Source: Mitosporidium daphniae | Taxonomy: Eukaryota | Direction of reading: 5' to 3' | Assembly (NCBI RefSeq): GCF_000760515.2 | Contig: NW_013546567.1 | Span: forward strand, 1-47,621 | DNA: 47,621 nucleotides | In this document: positions 1-10,546 of the stretch, in pieces | How positions within the stretch are numbered: position 1 is the stretch's first letter | How the letters are laid out: every line of letters begins with the position of its first letter | Program-made: the position numbers and the translations under genes | The notes under the pieces: model-generated | The model's input: the letters and a program-made list of their open reading frames with translations, nothing else | The model's database searches: none | Told to the model about the DNA's origin: nothing

Positions 1-733
1 AGATTTGGCCTCAATATTATAGTGACCACAGTAAGAAGGGCTCACAAGGTAAATCCAAATTTTCCTTTTTATTTAGAAAACCTTGGCCTTTGCAACGGAA
101 TTTTCGGCTATTTTTGGGGGCAATGTTACCTCTGATCCTTCTTTACCGCGCTCTCGAATGCTTCCACGTAAGGAGCATCACACGATCGATGTCGTCATAA
201 GGGAGGCTATTGAGGCCAAATCTACTGATTTAATTATTATCGGGGAGCGCCTCAAAGAGCCTTATTCACTTACTTTGGTTCATTTACCGAGTGGACCCAC
301 CGCATCTTTTAGACTTTCTTCAATAGTTACGTCGAAACAATTGGGAAAGAATTGCGGATCGGCTACAAACCATCCACCAGAGCTGAATATGGCCAACTTT
401 GACACCATGCTAGGGCTGACGGTTGGCCGATTCTTGACAAATCTGTTTCCATTTAAACCCCAGTTTGAGGGCAGGCAAATTGTCACATTCCACAATCAAC
501 GAGACTTTATTTTTTTTAGAAGGCATCGCTATATATTCCAAGGTGTAACAGGGGGCGAAAAGACAAAGTCCACCACCTCATCAGCGCCCTCTGTTCGCAT
601 GCAAGAGCTTGGTCCTCGGTTTACCCTGAAGCTCATGGCCATTCAAAAAGGAACATTTGACCTGACAAACGGCGAATATATTTGGGTGCGAGCCAATTCC
701 AAAATGAACACACGCAAGCAGTTTTACTGCTGA
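1..733 (+). CDS. RPF1: Brix-domain 60S biogenesis factor Rpf1 (5' end outside window)
   Basis: PELNMANFDTMLGLTVGR, GRQIVTFHNQRDFIFFRRHRY and ELGPRFTLKL motifs; GT-AG intron 49-76 joins upstream in-frame exon RFGLNIIVTTVRRAHK. Confidence 0.9.
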
Positions 734-835
734 ATCTTTTAACTATAAAGTCTTTAATTTATTTTTGTCAGACTCTGGCTGATAACATAGCGGTTTTCAG
801 CGGGAAGAGGCGATATTTATAGGATTTATTTTAAG

Positions 836-2026
836 TTACGCGGAGATTTTCTTCAAAATTTGGACGACGTCCTCGTCTTGGAGTTGATGCTCCTTGCCCA
901 CCTTTTGCGGATTGAACTTGACGGATGTGCCCCATACAAGAGCAGACTTGAATGAATTGATTATGGATCGGTGGATGCTTGCACAAAAATCCTCCACAGT
1001 AGAGGCGGTTTTTCTCAAAACAACCGGGGTCGCATAGTCGGGAAGCTGTCCCCGCGGCTTTGTGTAGATCCTAATGAGCCCCAAATATTCCCATGACATC
1101 TCTAGAAGATCATCAAAATTCCACCCGTGATGCCCGGAAACTGGGATCGCATGCGGAATTTTATAAATCAAATCAAGTTCCTTTAGACAACATTAGTACA
1201 GCGAAAAATTACCTCAATCGAGATCTGGTCGATTTTGTTGAGAATATAAATACAGGGAATGTAAACTCGATTTCCCTCGATGATATCAATAAGGTCGTCC
1301 TCTGTAGCATCGTATTTGAAGATCACTTCGGCATTTAAAATACGGTACTCTGCAAGGATGGCCTTCACACCCTCGGTATCCAAATGCGTGAGGTTTACAG
1401 TGGATGTTACCGAGATGCCCCCACGATCCCGCTTTTTGATATTAATCATCGGCGGCTGCTTGTTAAGACGAATTCCAAATCCCTCTAGTTCTCGCTCAAT
1501 AACCTTTTTATGTGTTAAGGGCTTCAGAACATCAAGCACAATGTAAATCAGGGAACACGTCCTTGCCACTGCAATAACTTGACGACCACGGCCTTTTCCA
1601 TCCTTTGCGCCCTCAATGATTCCGGGAAGGTCGAGAATTTGCAGTTTTGCTCCTTTATATTGAAGAATACCTGGGAAATGAAGCATAACAAGCTATACCA
1701 GGGACAGTGGTGAGCGTTGTAAACTCATATTCAGCAACGGCAGAATATGTTCCCGTAAGTTTACTCATAAGTGTTGACTTTCCAACACTAGGGAAGCCCA
1801 CAAACCCGATTCTGGCAACACCGGTTTTAGCAACGTCAAAGCCCACTACAATAAGCAAAACACACATACCTTCGCCGCCTCCGCCGCCGCCCTTAGGCGT
1901 AAGCAATTCTCGTCGTAGTTTTGCCAACTTTGCTTTTAGTGTGCCGAGATGATACGCCGTAGCTTTATTCTTCTGGGTGCGTGCCATTTCGGACTCGATT
2001 TCCTTTATGCGCTCAACAACAGACAT
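836..2026 (-). CDS. RBG1: Developmentally regulated GTP-binding protein DRG1/Rbg1
   Basis: [17 protein letters not shown]-terminus, [28 protein letters not shown] and TGS domain; introns 1846-1869, 1671-1698, 1181-1212 give a continuous frame. Confidence 0.95.
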
Positions 2027-2102
2027 TCAATAAAATTAAAATTCCATTTTCAAGTTGTTAATTTTAAAATCCAACAATTTATGACATTCCTGTTTTACTA
2101 GC

Positions 2103-3488
2103 ATGGCTGTTGGGCTAATCAAGCAAAGTTGCTGGTACATTTGGTTTCTTTCCTTAGGGCCCCAGATGGCTCCATAATTGTTGCATCCCATGATGATAAT
2201 AGATTTCGGGCGTATGCGGTCAATGAGAACAGCAAGACGGAGCATTCCTCCGTGATCGCTGCCGATATTCCTTCAGATGGGGGGCTTGCCTCTATTTCTC
2301 GTACGCCCCTGCCCATTTATTAGCTAGTCGTCTCCTCTTCTCTATTTGAGTGGAATGAGGCGTGTCAAATTGCTGAGCCGGAGAGTATTACTGACTTTGT
2401 GTTTTACCCTCATTTTCGATTTTCAGGAATTTTTGTATCTTTTACCTTCAGATCCAAATGTAGCATTGATAGCGTCAGCAACAAGATTGCACCCGGTCCG
2501 TCTGTTAGATCTTTATCACAAAACAGTATTTTTCGCTCGCTCATTGTGTCATAACTAGGCTCGATGCACATATTCTGCCAAAAATGACTCGGACGAGCTT
2601 GTTTCCCCATACTCTATCAGCTTTTCTCCCTCGGGATCAACGTAAATTTCGGATGGGCTTATCGATCTTTAGTCTACTGGCTGGCTATAGATCGCGTATT
2701 TTTCTTTGGGATGTTTGTACACCAGGAACGTCGCCAAAGTCGATTTTAAAAACAGCATCTTGCACAGGCTCTTCAGATGCATCTTTGAAAGGTATTGGTG
2801 CTTGTATTTTACAGTTAGGGATAATATCTTCTATTCTTGTTCCCGACGATAATTTGCTTATTGCAGGTTATGCCTTTGATCGCTCATCATTAGGTACATT
2901 TGAGGGCGATATCGCCATTTTTGATCCGCGATATAACGCATCTCCGCATTCTGAAGTCCCCAATATTTTCTCTTACAGCTACGAAAATATGAGTGCACTG
3001 TATCATGTTCTACCGGAAGATACCGACGGCGCCACCGGTGTAATACAGGTAATCTCGACCCAATAATGAATGTAGTTGCAAATGGTTCCAAACTCAACTA
3101 TTCTTTTGTCTGGACATAGAAAGTGTGATTGGATTTTGGGATGGGATCTTAGGAAACTGGACGGCGATCCCGTTATAAAGCTTCCGCGGCCTATTCACAC
3201 ACACCAGCGAATAAGATTTGGTATCAACGAGCAATATATTGGGGTTGGACATTTTGATGGAAAGATTTCACTTATTCCATTGACGCCGTCATTTCCGGAC
3301 GATTTTTGTAACGGCATTACTTTTGACCTGTCGATGCTTCACGGAAAGGGTATCATTGATCGCTAAAGCTAGATGTGGTCTCTTCTTTTTGCTTTGATCC
3401 TCTGTTTCGAGGCCTGATATCCACATCTTCAGGCAGCCGGGAAGGTGCGCAATCTTCGCTTTCGCTATGGAAGACCAACGGTGTGTAG
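2103..3488 (+). CDS. WRAP53: WD40 protein WRAP53/TCAB1/Swt21-like
   Basis: Spliced product MAVGLIKQSCWAPDGS...ASATRLHPVRLLD...DELVSPYSISFSPSG...SGHRKCDWILGWDLR...THQRIRF...STSSGSR follows WRAP53 blades; introns 2135-2157, 2301-2327, 2427-2451 (GA-AG), 2526-2558, 2642-2672, 2792-2818, 2867-2893, 3049-3075, 3350-3372. Confidence 0.85.
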
Positions 3489-3570
3489 CCATATGCGTAT
3501 AGCCACCATGCAATAGGCTCTGCAAATTAAAAGCTTGAAATATTATTTTTGCAAACGACCCAAGTATTTA

Positions 3571-4062
3571 ATGCCCATATTGCCATGTTCCGTTTGCTCT
3601 GCATCCAGTACTTCATATAGATGCCCCGCGTGCAGAGTTCCATGGTAAGCCAGTCGGCACATTTAAATATTAGCTGCTCCATGAAATGTTTTAAAAAGCA
3701 CAGGGGTATTCTTCGTTTGCTCATCATAGAAAGGTGCAATACGATTTCCGGATCCGAAAATGCTGGCAAAGAAGGGCCTGGGGCTGAACCGGGTGCTATG
3801 TGCGGAATTTTTTCCGCACATAGCATGCAGAATTCAATCAGTACACTTCCAAACGCAATTTTGAGGAAACTAGGTATCCACTGTGTCAATAAGCCTAGAA
3901 TCCAACGAGCAGTTGAAGGAATGGAACTCGGTTCCTGAAAACCATCGGCTTCTTCTGGATATACTTTCAGCAAAAGATCCAAAATCCAAGCTGGAAAATT
4001 CACTTTTGCATGATCCTCGAATGCAGGTCCTTGCCGGCTTTCTTTCCGAAATACTCCGGTAG
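3571..4062 (+). CDS. HIT1: HIT zinc-finger protein Hit1/ZNHIT3 (C/D snoRNP assembly)
   Basis: Spliced N-terminus CSVC...[23 protein letters not shown] (zf-HIT) and C-terminal LESNEQLKEWNSVPENHRLLLDI...DPRMQVLAGFLSEI; introns 3645-3673, 3706-3729, 3874-3898. Confidence 0.8.
3794..3825. repeat. Perfect 14-bp inverted repeat inside HIT1 coding exon
   Basis: tgctatgtgcggaa-tttt-ttccgcacatagca. Confidence 0.9.
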
Positions 4063-4153
4063 CTAATTAAGTATAAAATTTGCAGTGCAATTGAGCGTAA
4101 AATGGAGAGTCAGGTTTAAAAAGGGCTTTTTATAAAATTTTACAACTTGTAAA

Positions 4154-4435
4154 ATGTCGGAAGACCCCTATGCCAGTGTCATTCCAAGGAAGTTAAAGAT
4201 CGCCAAATCCTCCGAATCAACATCATCAAAGCCAGCCAATATGGATCAAGCAGTGCCAAAGCAGTTCGTGCAAACACAGGCAGAAGAAATCTTCCATCGA
4301 CAAAGGCTGGAACGCCTTGCGGCGCAAAAGGAAAAACAGCCCCAAAAGACATACAAGGAAGCCATAAAGGCATTCAATCAACGGCTAGAACAAACATCGG
4401 AGCATTACGACATTCCAAAAGTTGGTCCTGGATAA
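4154..4435 (+). CDS. FAM32A/DUF1754 family small protein
   Basis: C-terminus FNQRLEQTSEHYDIPKVGPG is the family signature. Confidence 0.88.
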   Translation: MSEDPYASVIPRKLKIAKSSESTSSKPANMDQAVPKQFVQTQAEEIFHRQRLERLAAQKEKQPQKTYKEAIKAFNQRLEQTSEHYDIPKVGPG

Positions 4436-4464
4436 TATTTTTTGTACGAATAAAATTTAAATAG

Positions 4465-4835
4465 ATGCACCAAACTGGCGATCACTCTAGTGTGATCGAT
4501 TGCTACACCGAGGAATTCACCGCAGAGTATGGGCGTGGTTTTCTAAATCTTAGGGCCTCAATTTGCTACCATCAACAGGAAAAGCTAAATCAGCACATCA
4601 AAAGGCTAATTTTCCTTATTTCCGATTTCAATCGGACTCAAAGTCAACTGAACGAATCATCTGATCTCCTTTCGAACGAGTTTAAGGTAGCCCTCAGCCA
4701 TTGATGTGATAGAAACTCGGGTGTATCAACCGATGGATAGAAAGCATCGAGGAAAAGGTCTCAATAATTGCCCTTACAATTGAAAAAATCTCCCAACAGA
4801 AAAAAGAGGCCATCAGAATCGGACACAATAAATGA
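4465..4835 (+). CDS. BLOC-1 subunit 1 (BLOS1/GCN5L1)-like coiled-coil protein
   Basis: After introns 4527-4553 and 4687-4712: QQEKLNQHIKRL...FKKLGCINRWIESIEEKVSIIALTIE, matching the BLOS1 pattern NQRKLD...LKEIGDVENWARSIE. Confidence 0.65.
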
Positions 4836-4864
4836 TAACAAAAATTCTTTTTATTACATAAAAT

Positions 4865-5709
4865 TTAGGCAACCACCTGTTCAATTGATGCCTGAGTGTC
4901 CTTTGCTTCCTGGGAAGTTGGTTCAGGATGCTCCAAAGCGACGCGGACAGTAATTGGACGATCATTAATCATGCAATTCTGAAGATCTGCAAGTGCACGC
5001 TTCTGCTCGGCAGCAGAGTTGAGTTTGACAAATCCGTAGCCACGAGACTGGCCATTGCGCGAGGTGACAATATGAGCACTTTCAATGGTATATTCGGAAA
5101 AAATGTTTGCAAACGCCTCGTCATTCATCTCAAAAGGAAGGTTCGCAATAAAGAGACTCGTTTGAGACTTGTTCATGTTCTGTCTCGAGGCGCTGTCATT
5201 GCGACGAACTCCACGTTTGTTGCGGCTGTTTCCACGCGTGCGTCCACCATTTTTCTGAATGCCCTCAACTTGTGGCACTTGCTCTTTTGGCTTGGCTAAT
5301 TCTACGTTGATTTCTCTGCCTTCAAACATTTGGTGGTTAAATTTGCTGTGGGCAGAAACTGCATCCTCTTCTTTTGAAAAGGTCACAAACCCATATCCAA
5401 GGGAGCGATTGCCACGGGTGATAATCTTTGCAGATTCTCTATTAAAATTTAGTAAAGTTTAAAAATTTGGAATAAATGTGACTCAGAGCATTAGTAGAAA
5501 CACGATTGGGGGTCTTAAGCCCTTCATAAACACGGACCAATGCAAAAAATCATCATCGTCACTTGGTTTTGCAAGAAGTAAACTTACACTTTACCGCAGA
5601 CAGAAAAGTATGCCGAAAGAATGTCATTAGTGACATTAAAGGGAAGATTTCCAACGAAGATCTTCTTGGAATCATCCAACGAGATGTTAGCAGCAGGAAC
5701 AGAGGACAT
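4865..5709 (-). CDS. Two-RRM RNA-binding protein with RG-rich linker
   Basis: KIFVGNLP/RSLGYGFVTF and LFIANLP/SRGYGFV RNP motifs; 149-nt intron 5439-5587 joins CGKV|ESAKII in frame. Confidence 0.88.
5478..5562 (-). ncRNA. snR18: Intronic box C/D snoRNA, U18/snR18 family
   Basis: Minus strand gtgac-g-ATGATGA (box C)...TTGGTCCGTGTTT-ATGA (guide and D')...CTGA (box D)-gtcac; 5-bp terminal stem; guide complementary to conserved LSU rRNA AAACACGGACCAA. Confidence 0.88.
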
Positions 5710-5907
5710 AATGTGTTATCGAAACTATGCCGTAAGTAAAGATCTCACAATAAACAGGAAGAGCAACGGATGAAAATGAAAGGATTCCCTACCTGGAGAT
5801 ATAGAAACCTTGTATAAAAATTTTTTTCGTTTATGGTTTATTCTAGGGTTGGTTGTTTGTAAATTGGTACTAGGGTTAGGCGTAAGAATTTATTGCCAAA
5901 TTAAGAC

Positions 5908-6342
5908 ATGAATGTAGACGGTGATCAACGACGAATAGAATCTCTCAAAAAGAATGTAGTTAATGAATCAACAGATGGCTACAAGTCAAAAGAAAGGGAT
6001 CTTTTGAGATCAAAATTCAAAGCTAATCAAAATGAACACCCTTATATTTATGATAGGGAAGCAATAAATCAAGGACATCCTTTGAATGGCTCTTGCTCTC
6101 AAGAAGGGTACATTTTTGTTGATTGTACGCCGGCTTCAATCTTTGACAAAAAGATTTACCGTTCAATGATTGAAACAGATAATAGAACCTCAATCAGGCT
6201 CGGTGAATTTAAACAAACGGGAACGTTCATGTTTAAGGCTGGAATTCTTAAAGTTCCCAATGGGCTTCAGGAGTGCACAGAAAACCTTTCCGAAATAGCG
6301 TCTATTTTATTGAGCCTAGATGCTTACAGCTGTGCAAATTAA
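5908..6342 (+). CDS. Hypothetical protein
   Basis: 144-aa ATG ORF in AT-rich block; no recognised motif. Confidence 0.45.
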   Translation: MNVDGDQRRIESLKKNVVNESTDGYKSKERDLLRSKFKANQNEHPYIYDREAINQGHPLNGSCSQEGYIFVDCTPASIFDKKIYRSMIETDNRTSIRLGEFKQTGTFMFKAGILKVPNGLQECTENLSEIASILLSLDAYSCAN

Positions 6343-6610
6343 TAAATTGTTAATCTAGTGGAGGGTTATTTTTAAAGTTAAAACATTGGAACCTCTATCT
6401 GGCCAAGGGAAATATATAGGTAACCATCGTATGAAAGTACATTTTATGGATACAAGATATCACATATATTATTACACAGTTTCAAAGGAAATAGTAGGCT
6501 CATTCTTTTTCCCAAATTAATTTAATAATATGGCAAATTAACCTTCAAATTACCGAAATAGTTGAAAATTAAATTAAAGCCAATCAATGCAAAGCAAATA
6601 GGATATTTTT

Positions 6611-7333
6611 ATGTTTTTTGCTGTTATCGATAGACACACACTTTACAAGAATACGCTAGAATTCATGCACAATTTAATTGGCTTCTTTACCGGCATTTTG
6701 TATTCTCTTGGAGTATTGCCTTCAAGTATGAAGCCAGTTTCTAAAAGATCTCATATTTCTTCAAAGGCACTCAAAGTATATGAGATGTCTTTAAATATTC
6801 CGCGCTTTCTATGTACATCTGTGGGTAAGATTTTCAGGTCTGCTTTTTATGCTACTGTTTGGCTTTTAAAGTTTTCTTTTCATAATTTGTATTGCTTTTT
6901 AAGCTGGGTTTTTTATGGAACAAAAAAAGTAATTTGGGGTATGACTTTTTCCAGTAAAGTCCTGTACATTATCATCCCGAGGCTTGTTATTATTTATACG
7001 TGCTTATTACTTGCTGGCGAAATTATTGAAAGCCTTGTTGATATGGGCTTAGACAAACTATGTTCCCAGTGCACGAGATCAGAAGAAAAAGATGTAAATC
7101 GGATTGGTTTATATTTTTCTTACTGGATAGGCAGCTTTTGCTACTATATTTGGTCCATGTTGTCAGGATGGCTTAGATCTCGCATCAAACGTTTAGTTCC
7201 TTTTTTTATTTTTGAGATTTATAATATTTTTGGCTTCTTTTTCACAGTTTTGTTTGCGATAACACTCCCCTTTTTGATAAAGAATATCAACCTTTTATAC
7301 AACTGTTATTTTGCCATGCATAATAAAATCTAG
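6611..7333 (+). CDS. Hypothetical multi-pass membrane protein
   Basis: 240-aa intronless ORF with several hydrophobic segments. Confidence 0.55.
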   Translation: MFFAVIDRHTLYKNTLEFMHNLIGFFTGILYSLGVLPSSMKPVSKRSHISSKALKVYEMSLNIPRFLCTSVGKIFRSAFYATVWLLKFSFHNLYCFLSWVFYGTKKVIWGMTFSSKVLYIIIPRLVIIYTCLLLAGEIIESLVDMGLDKLCSQCTRSEEKDVNRIGLYFSYWIGSFCYYIWSMLSGWLRSRIKRLVPFFIFEIYNIFGFFFTVLFAITLPFLIKNINLLYNCYFAMHNKI

Positions 7334-7432
7334 CCACAAATTAATTTTATTGGTTTAGCTAATGTTTTTCTTAATTATGATAGGATGATTTGCTATTTAT
7401 ATCGGTTTATTTGGTAATTAGTTATTTTAAAC

Positions 7433-8254
7433 ATGGGTTCGACTCTCTCCACTTCAAATAGTTGGCTGGGGTTTATTTATCGTTTGCCTTTGAGTTGGCT
7501 TTCTTTGCCTTTTAATTTTCTGATAGGGGCCTTTAAGTTAATATTAGGCCCATTTTTCGGTAGCAAGTACTTTCTTTCACTTATACTTACGGTTGTTACT
7601 ACCTGGCTATATATCAAAGTGGATATATTTCATTCTGTGATGAATTGGTTGCTTTGCATGATCTTTTTTCAGCAGAAAGACCTTTCTTTTAGAGAAAATG
7701 CGCCTCGATGCTCTATAATACCAGTCAGTATATTAAGAGGAATGCTAAGGACTCCTAATATCGATTCTATTTTGGTCGGCTTTCTCACTTTTATAACTTC
7801 AGTTCTTGTTATCGGGGAGCATTATTTCTTTATTTTACTTGCTGGTTTGGTTTATTTCGGTTTAATTAAATCATTCGTGGATTGTTTACCACAAGCTTAT
7901 GGATCTCAAAGCAACTCCTGGTTCTGGGGCTCTCCAAAATCTAGCCCTAATCCCGTTAAAAAGGAGGTGGATGTGCCTAAAAATAGCACGCTTCATTTTA
8001 TTAGTAAACCGTTTTTGGATTCTCTTACGCAGATGTGGAAAAAAATGACAAATGCAGATACACCTGCTACTAATAGCAACGACCCTTTATCTCAAAAGAA
8101 AACATCTGCTACCAGCAACGACTCTTTATCTCAAAATAAAGCACCTGCTAATAATAACAAAGCCTTATCTCAGAATGGAACACCTGCTAATAATAACAAA
8201 GCCTTATCTCAGAATGGAACATCCCAGACTGCACGCCGTGGACTTCGCAAGTAG
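7433..8254 (+). CDS. Hypothetical membrane protein with C-terminal 13-aa repeats
   Basis: 273-aa ORF, MG start, hydrophobic N-half, PANNNKALSQNGT-type repeats. Confidence 0.6.
   Translation: MGSTLSTSNSWLGFIYRLPLSWLSLPFNFLIGAFKLILGPFFGSKYFLSLILTVVTTWLYIKVDIFHSVMNWLLCMIFFQQKDLSFRENAPRCSIIPVSILRGMLRTPNIDSILVGFLTFITSVLVIGEHYFFILLAGLVYFGLIKSFVDCLPQAYGSQSNSWFWGSPKSSPNPVKKEVDVPKNSTLHFISKPFLDSLTQMWKKMTNADTPATNSNDPLSQKKTSATSNDSLSQNKAPANNNKALSQNGTPANNNKALSQNGTSQTARRGLRK
8060..8222 (+). repeat. Coding tandem repeat, about 4 x 39-42 bp
   Basis: Units such as acacctgctaataataacaaagccttatctcagaatgga; last two nearly identical. Confidence 0.9.
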
Positions 8255-8306
8255 AAGAAACAAATTCTGAATAAATTAAATTTATTTTTACAAATTAAAC
8301 AAATTA

Positions 8307-9284
8307 TCAGCGCTCAGCATTGGGATTTACAACTTTTAGCCTGATCTTGGGCACCTCCACCTTATTCTCCAAAGGAAACTTGATGCGTATTGTAGGAATT
8401 GGTGCCAACGGCTTCTCCTCAGCACATTTAAGAACGATGCGAAGTGGAGCTGGTCGAGGCTCGGCTAGTCGAATTGATGGCTTTACTTTCCGTTTCTTTT
8501 TCTTTTGCCTGCTAACAATAAACGAGGCCTTGTTTTTTCTACTGGCAATAAAAGAAGTAGAGCCCGAGGGAATCAGCTTTATAGGCGGCAAATTTTGGGC
8601 AGGAGGCACCGATACGGTCGGCTTTATAGGTGTCCTAATGACAATGGACAAGGATGCTTCCGTTGATGGCAATGAAGACGAAATGGAGGCAGTAGTGGAT
8701 GAGGCAGTAGACAGATGTATCACCGAGGTGTGGGCAGAAGCCCCGTCGGTTCTGCAGAAATGAGCACGTCTTCTGGACCCCGGTGTTGACGCTAATTCTC
8801 CCAGCCACACTTCTCTACTTTGGCCAACTCCAAAATAGTCACGGGCCGATAAAGCCAGCCCATAAAGGAGTGACGAGGGGAAACAACAGCGGCGAAAAAC
8901 CGACGAAACGGAGGCAAATAAAAAGTTTGAAGCCGCTTTTCTGACCTCTTCTTGCGAAAGTTCAGGACCCCTACCCTTTGGACCATTTGATTTCAAAGAC
9001 AGGCAAGTGCGGCCCCCGCTAAACGCCAAAGGATACGGTTGAAAGTAATTTGAAACAAAGGTGGGATCTGCATGAAGCGCCATTGCGGGCGAAAATGGGA
9101 CAGTAAGGGCTGCAGGAGAGCCCAGCATCGAACAGATGTGAACGGAGAGAGCGGATCGAGGCGAAACAGGCGATATAATAGTCGGAGACCGCGAGGGATA
9201 CATACACTTAAAGACATCATACTCCAGTAGGGTATGAACCGATTTCCCCCCGTTTTGAGGCACCAAAGGGCTGTCAGCATCCAT
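8307..9284 (-). CDS. Hypothetical Ser/Pro-rich, probably nuclear protein
   Basis: 325-aa ORF with RQKKKKRKVK basic cluster and repeated P(K/T/L)IR(L/I)K-like motifs. Confidence 0.6.
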   Translation of the reverse strand: MDADSPLVPQNGGKSVHTLLEYDVFKCMYPSRSPTIISPVSPRSALSVHICSMLGSPAALTVPFSPAMALHADPTFVSNYFQPYPLAFSGGRTCLSLKSNGPKGRGPELSQEEVRKAASNFLFASVSSVFRRCCFPSSLLYGLALSARDYFGVGQSREVWLGELASTPGSRRRAHFCRTDGASAHTSVIHLSTASSTTASISSSLPSTEASLSIVIRTPIKPTVSVPPAQNLPPIKLIPSGSTSFIASRKNKASFIVSRQKKKKRKVKPSIRLAEPRPAPLRIVLKCAEEKPLAPIPTIRIKFPLENKVEVPKIRLKVVNPNAER

Positions 9285-9379
9285 CTCGAGCTCGTCAAAC
9301 TCATTCCGAAAGTAAAAAAAAGAAGAAAGGAGATCCGCTGACGGCTTTAAAGATTCATCGACTAGGATTTAAAAAACTC

Positions 9380-10240
9380 TCAAATACCAATGGGCAAATT
9401 TGCGTCCTCTTCACCCACAACTTCCTCCTCCGCTTCTTGCTCGCCAGATTTCATTTGTAAAGGGGAGGGATCACTGAGTTTCGGCTCCAGCATCATTGAG
9501 TCTATCAGTTCTGAAGAGGACGATGAAGATGGCTCCCTGAAAGACCGGGGAAGAGTTGTGAAAAGTGTCAAAAGTGCCTCTGGAGGGAGCATGCGTCTTG
9601 ATTGAGATGGTGTGTCGGATGGAATTGACGCCAATCGCTCCATCAATGAGCAGATCCATGAATTTTGGGCGGCTGTATATCCAATAAGCTCCCCAAGAGC
9701 AGGTCTCACTGTTTGGAGCGGACAGTGCTGAGCAAGGTGGCTACGAGCAGAAAGCTCGCCAGATCTCGTAAGAAACACTCTGATGATCGACATGGTGTCG
9801 GCCGAGTTTTCTGGAGACATCTTCATAACGAATTCGTCGATGGCATATCTCATCTGTAGGCAGAGAGATCGCAGTCGCAGATGGAGAACATGAGACAGGA
9901 TCCGGATGATTTTATGTGAACGAAACCTTTCCATGCCCAGCTGTTGACAGATCTGGACAATCACCAAATCAAAGATGCGCTGCTCAGGTGAATGCATGTT
10001 GCATTGCTGCATGAGTGTGTATGATGAGGATGCTGTGGATAATGAAGAGATCGGGGTGGAGGGGAGATTCTCGCGACGTGCTCGTCTGCTTGTTTTTTGC
10101 ACCGGAATCGAAAATAGCTGGAAATGCCCATTGGAACCAGAGTAGTTACCCTGGTGATCGGAGAAGGGAATCCCTCCCGAAGGCAGACCCATCATCTGTA
10201 TCGAGATTGAATTTTGAAAATTAGAATTTGCACTTTGCAC
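9380..10240 (-). CDS. Bromodomain-associated histone-fold protein (TAF3/TAF8-like); start uncertain
   Basis: DLVIVQICQQLGMERFRSHKIIRILSHVLHLRLRSL resembles the BTP fold pattern VAQICQALGW...LTDVLQRYL. Confidence 0.55.
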   Translation of the reverse strand: MQSANSNFQNSISIQMMGLPSGGIPFSDHQGNYSGSNGHFQLFSIPVQKTSRRARRENLPSTPISSLSTASSSYTLMQQCNMHSPEQRIFDLVIVQICQQLGMERFRSHKIIRILSHVLHLRLRSLCLQMRYAIDEFVMKMSPENSADTMSIIRVFLTRSGELSARSHLAQHCPLQTVRPALGELIGYTAAQNSWICSLMERLASIPSDTPSQSRRMLPPEALLTLFTTLPRSFREPSSSSSSELIDSMMLEPKLSDPSPLQMKSGEQEAEEEVVGEEDANLPIGI

Positions 10241-10546
10241 GATGCTAGTGATTTTGGCCGAATTTAAACATGCAAAAGTTTAAGTGTTCCAACGTCGTCT
10301 TTTGCAGCCACATTGAGTGTAACCCTCAACGCAAGTCTTTTTGTCGGTGTATCTGCGTCAAACAGCATCGAGGCAGGGCAGCATATCAATTGCCTATGCA
10401 GACACACAATATAGGGCAATATGGAGAGAGATATTAACTAACACTTACAAACGTGCTCGTATGGGGATCATCGTCAATGTAGCTCAAACATCGCTCCCCC
10501 CCTGCTTCACTCAAAGCTAATCCGGGTCAATTAAAGTGTATTAAGA

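Noticed and set aside
3527..4003. 158-aa minus-strand ORF
   Set aside because: No ATG start; it is the antisense shadow of the spliced HIT1 gene.
5844..5880. TAGGGTT telomere-like words
   Set aside because: Only two isolated copies; they could be promoter elements but are not a telomeric array or a supportable template RNA.
8060..8222. CRISPR-like array
   Set aside because: Contiguous in-frame coding repeats without spacers, in a eukaryotic gene.
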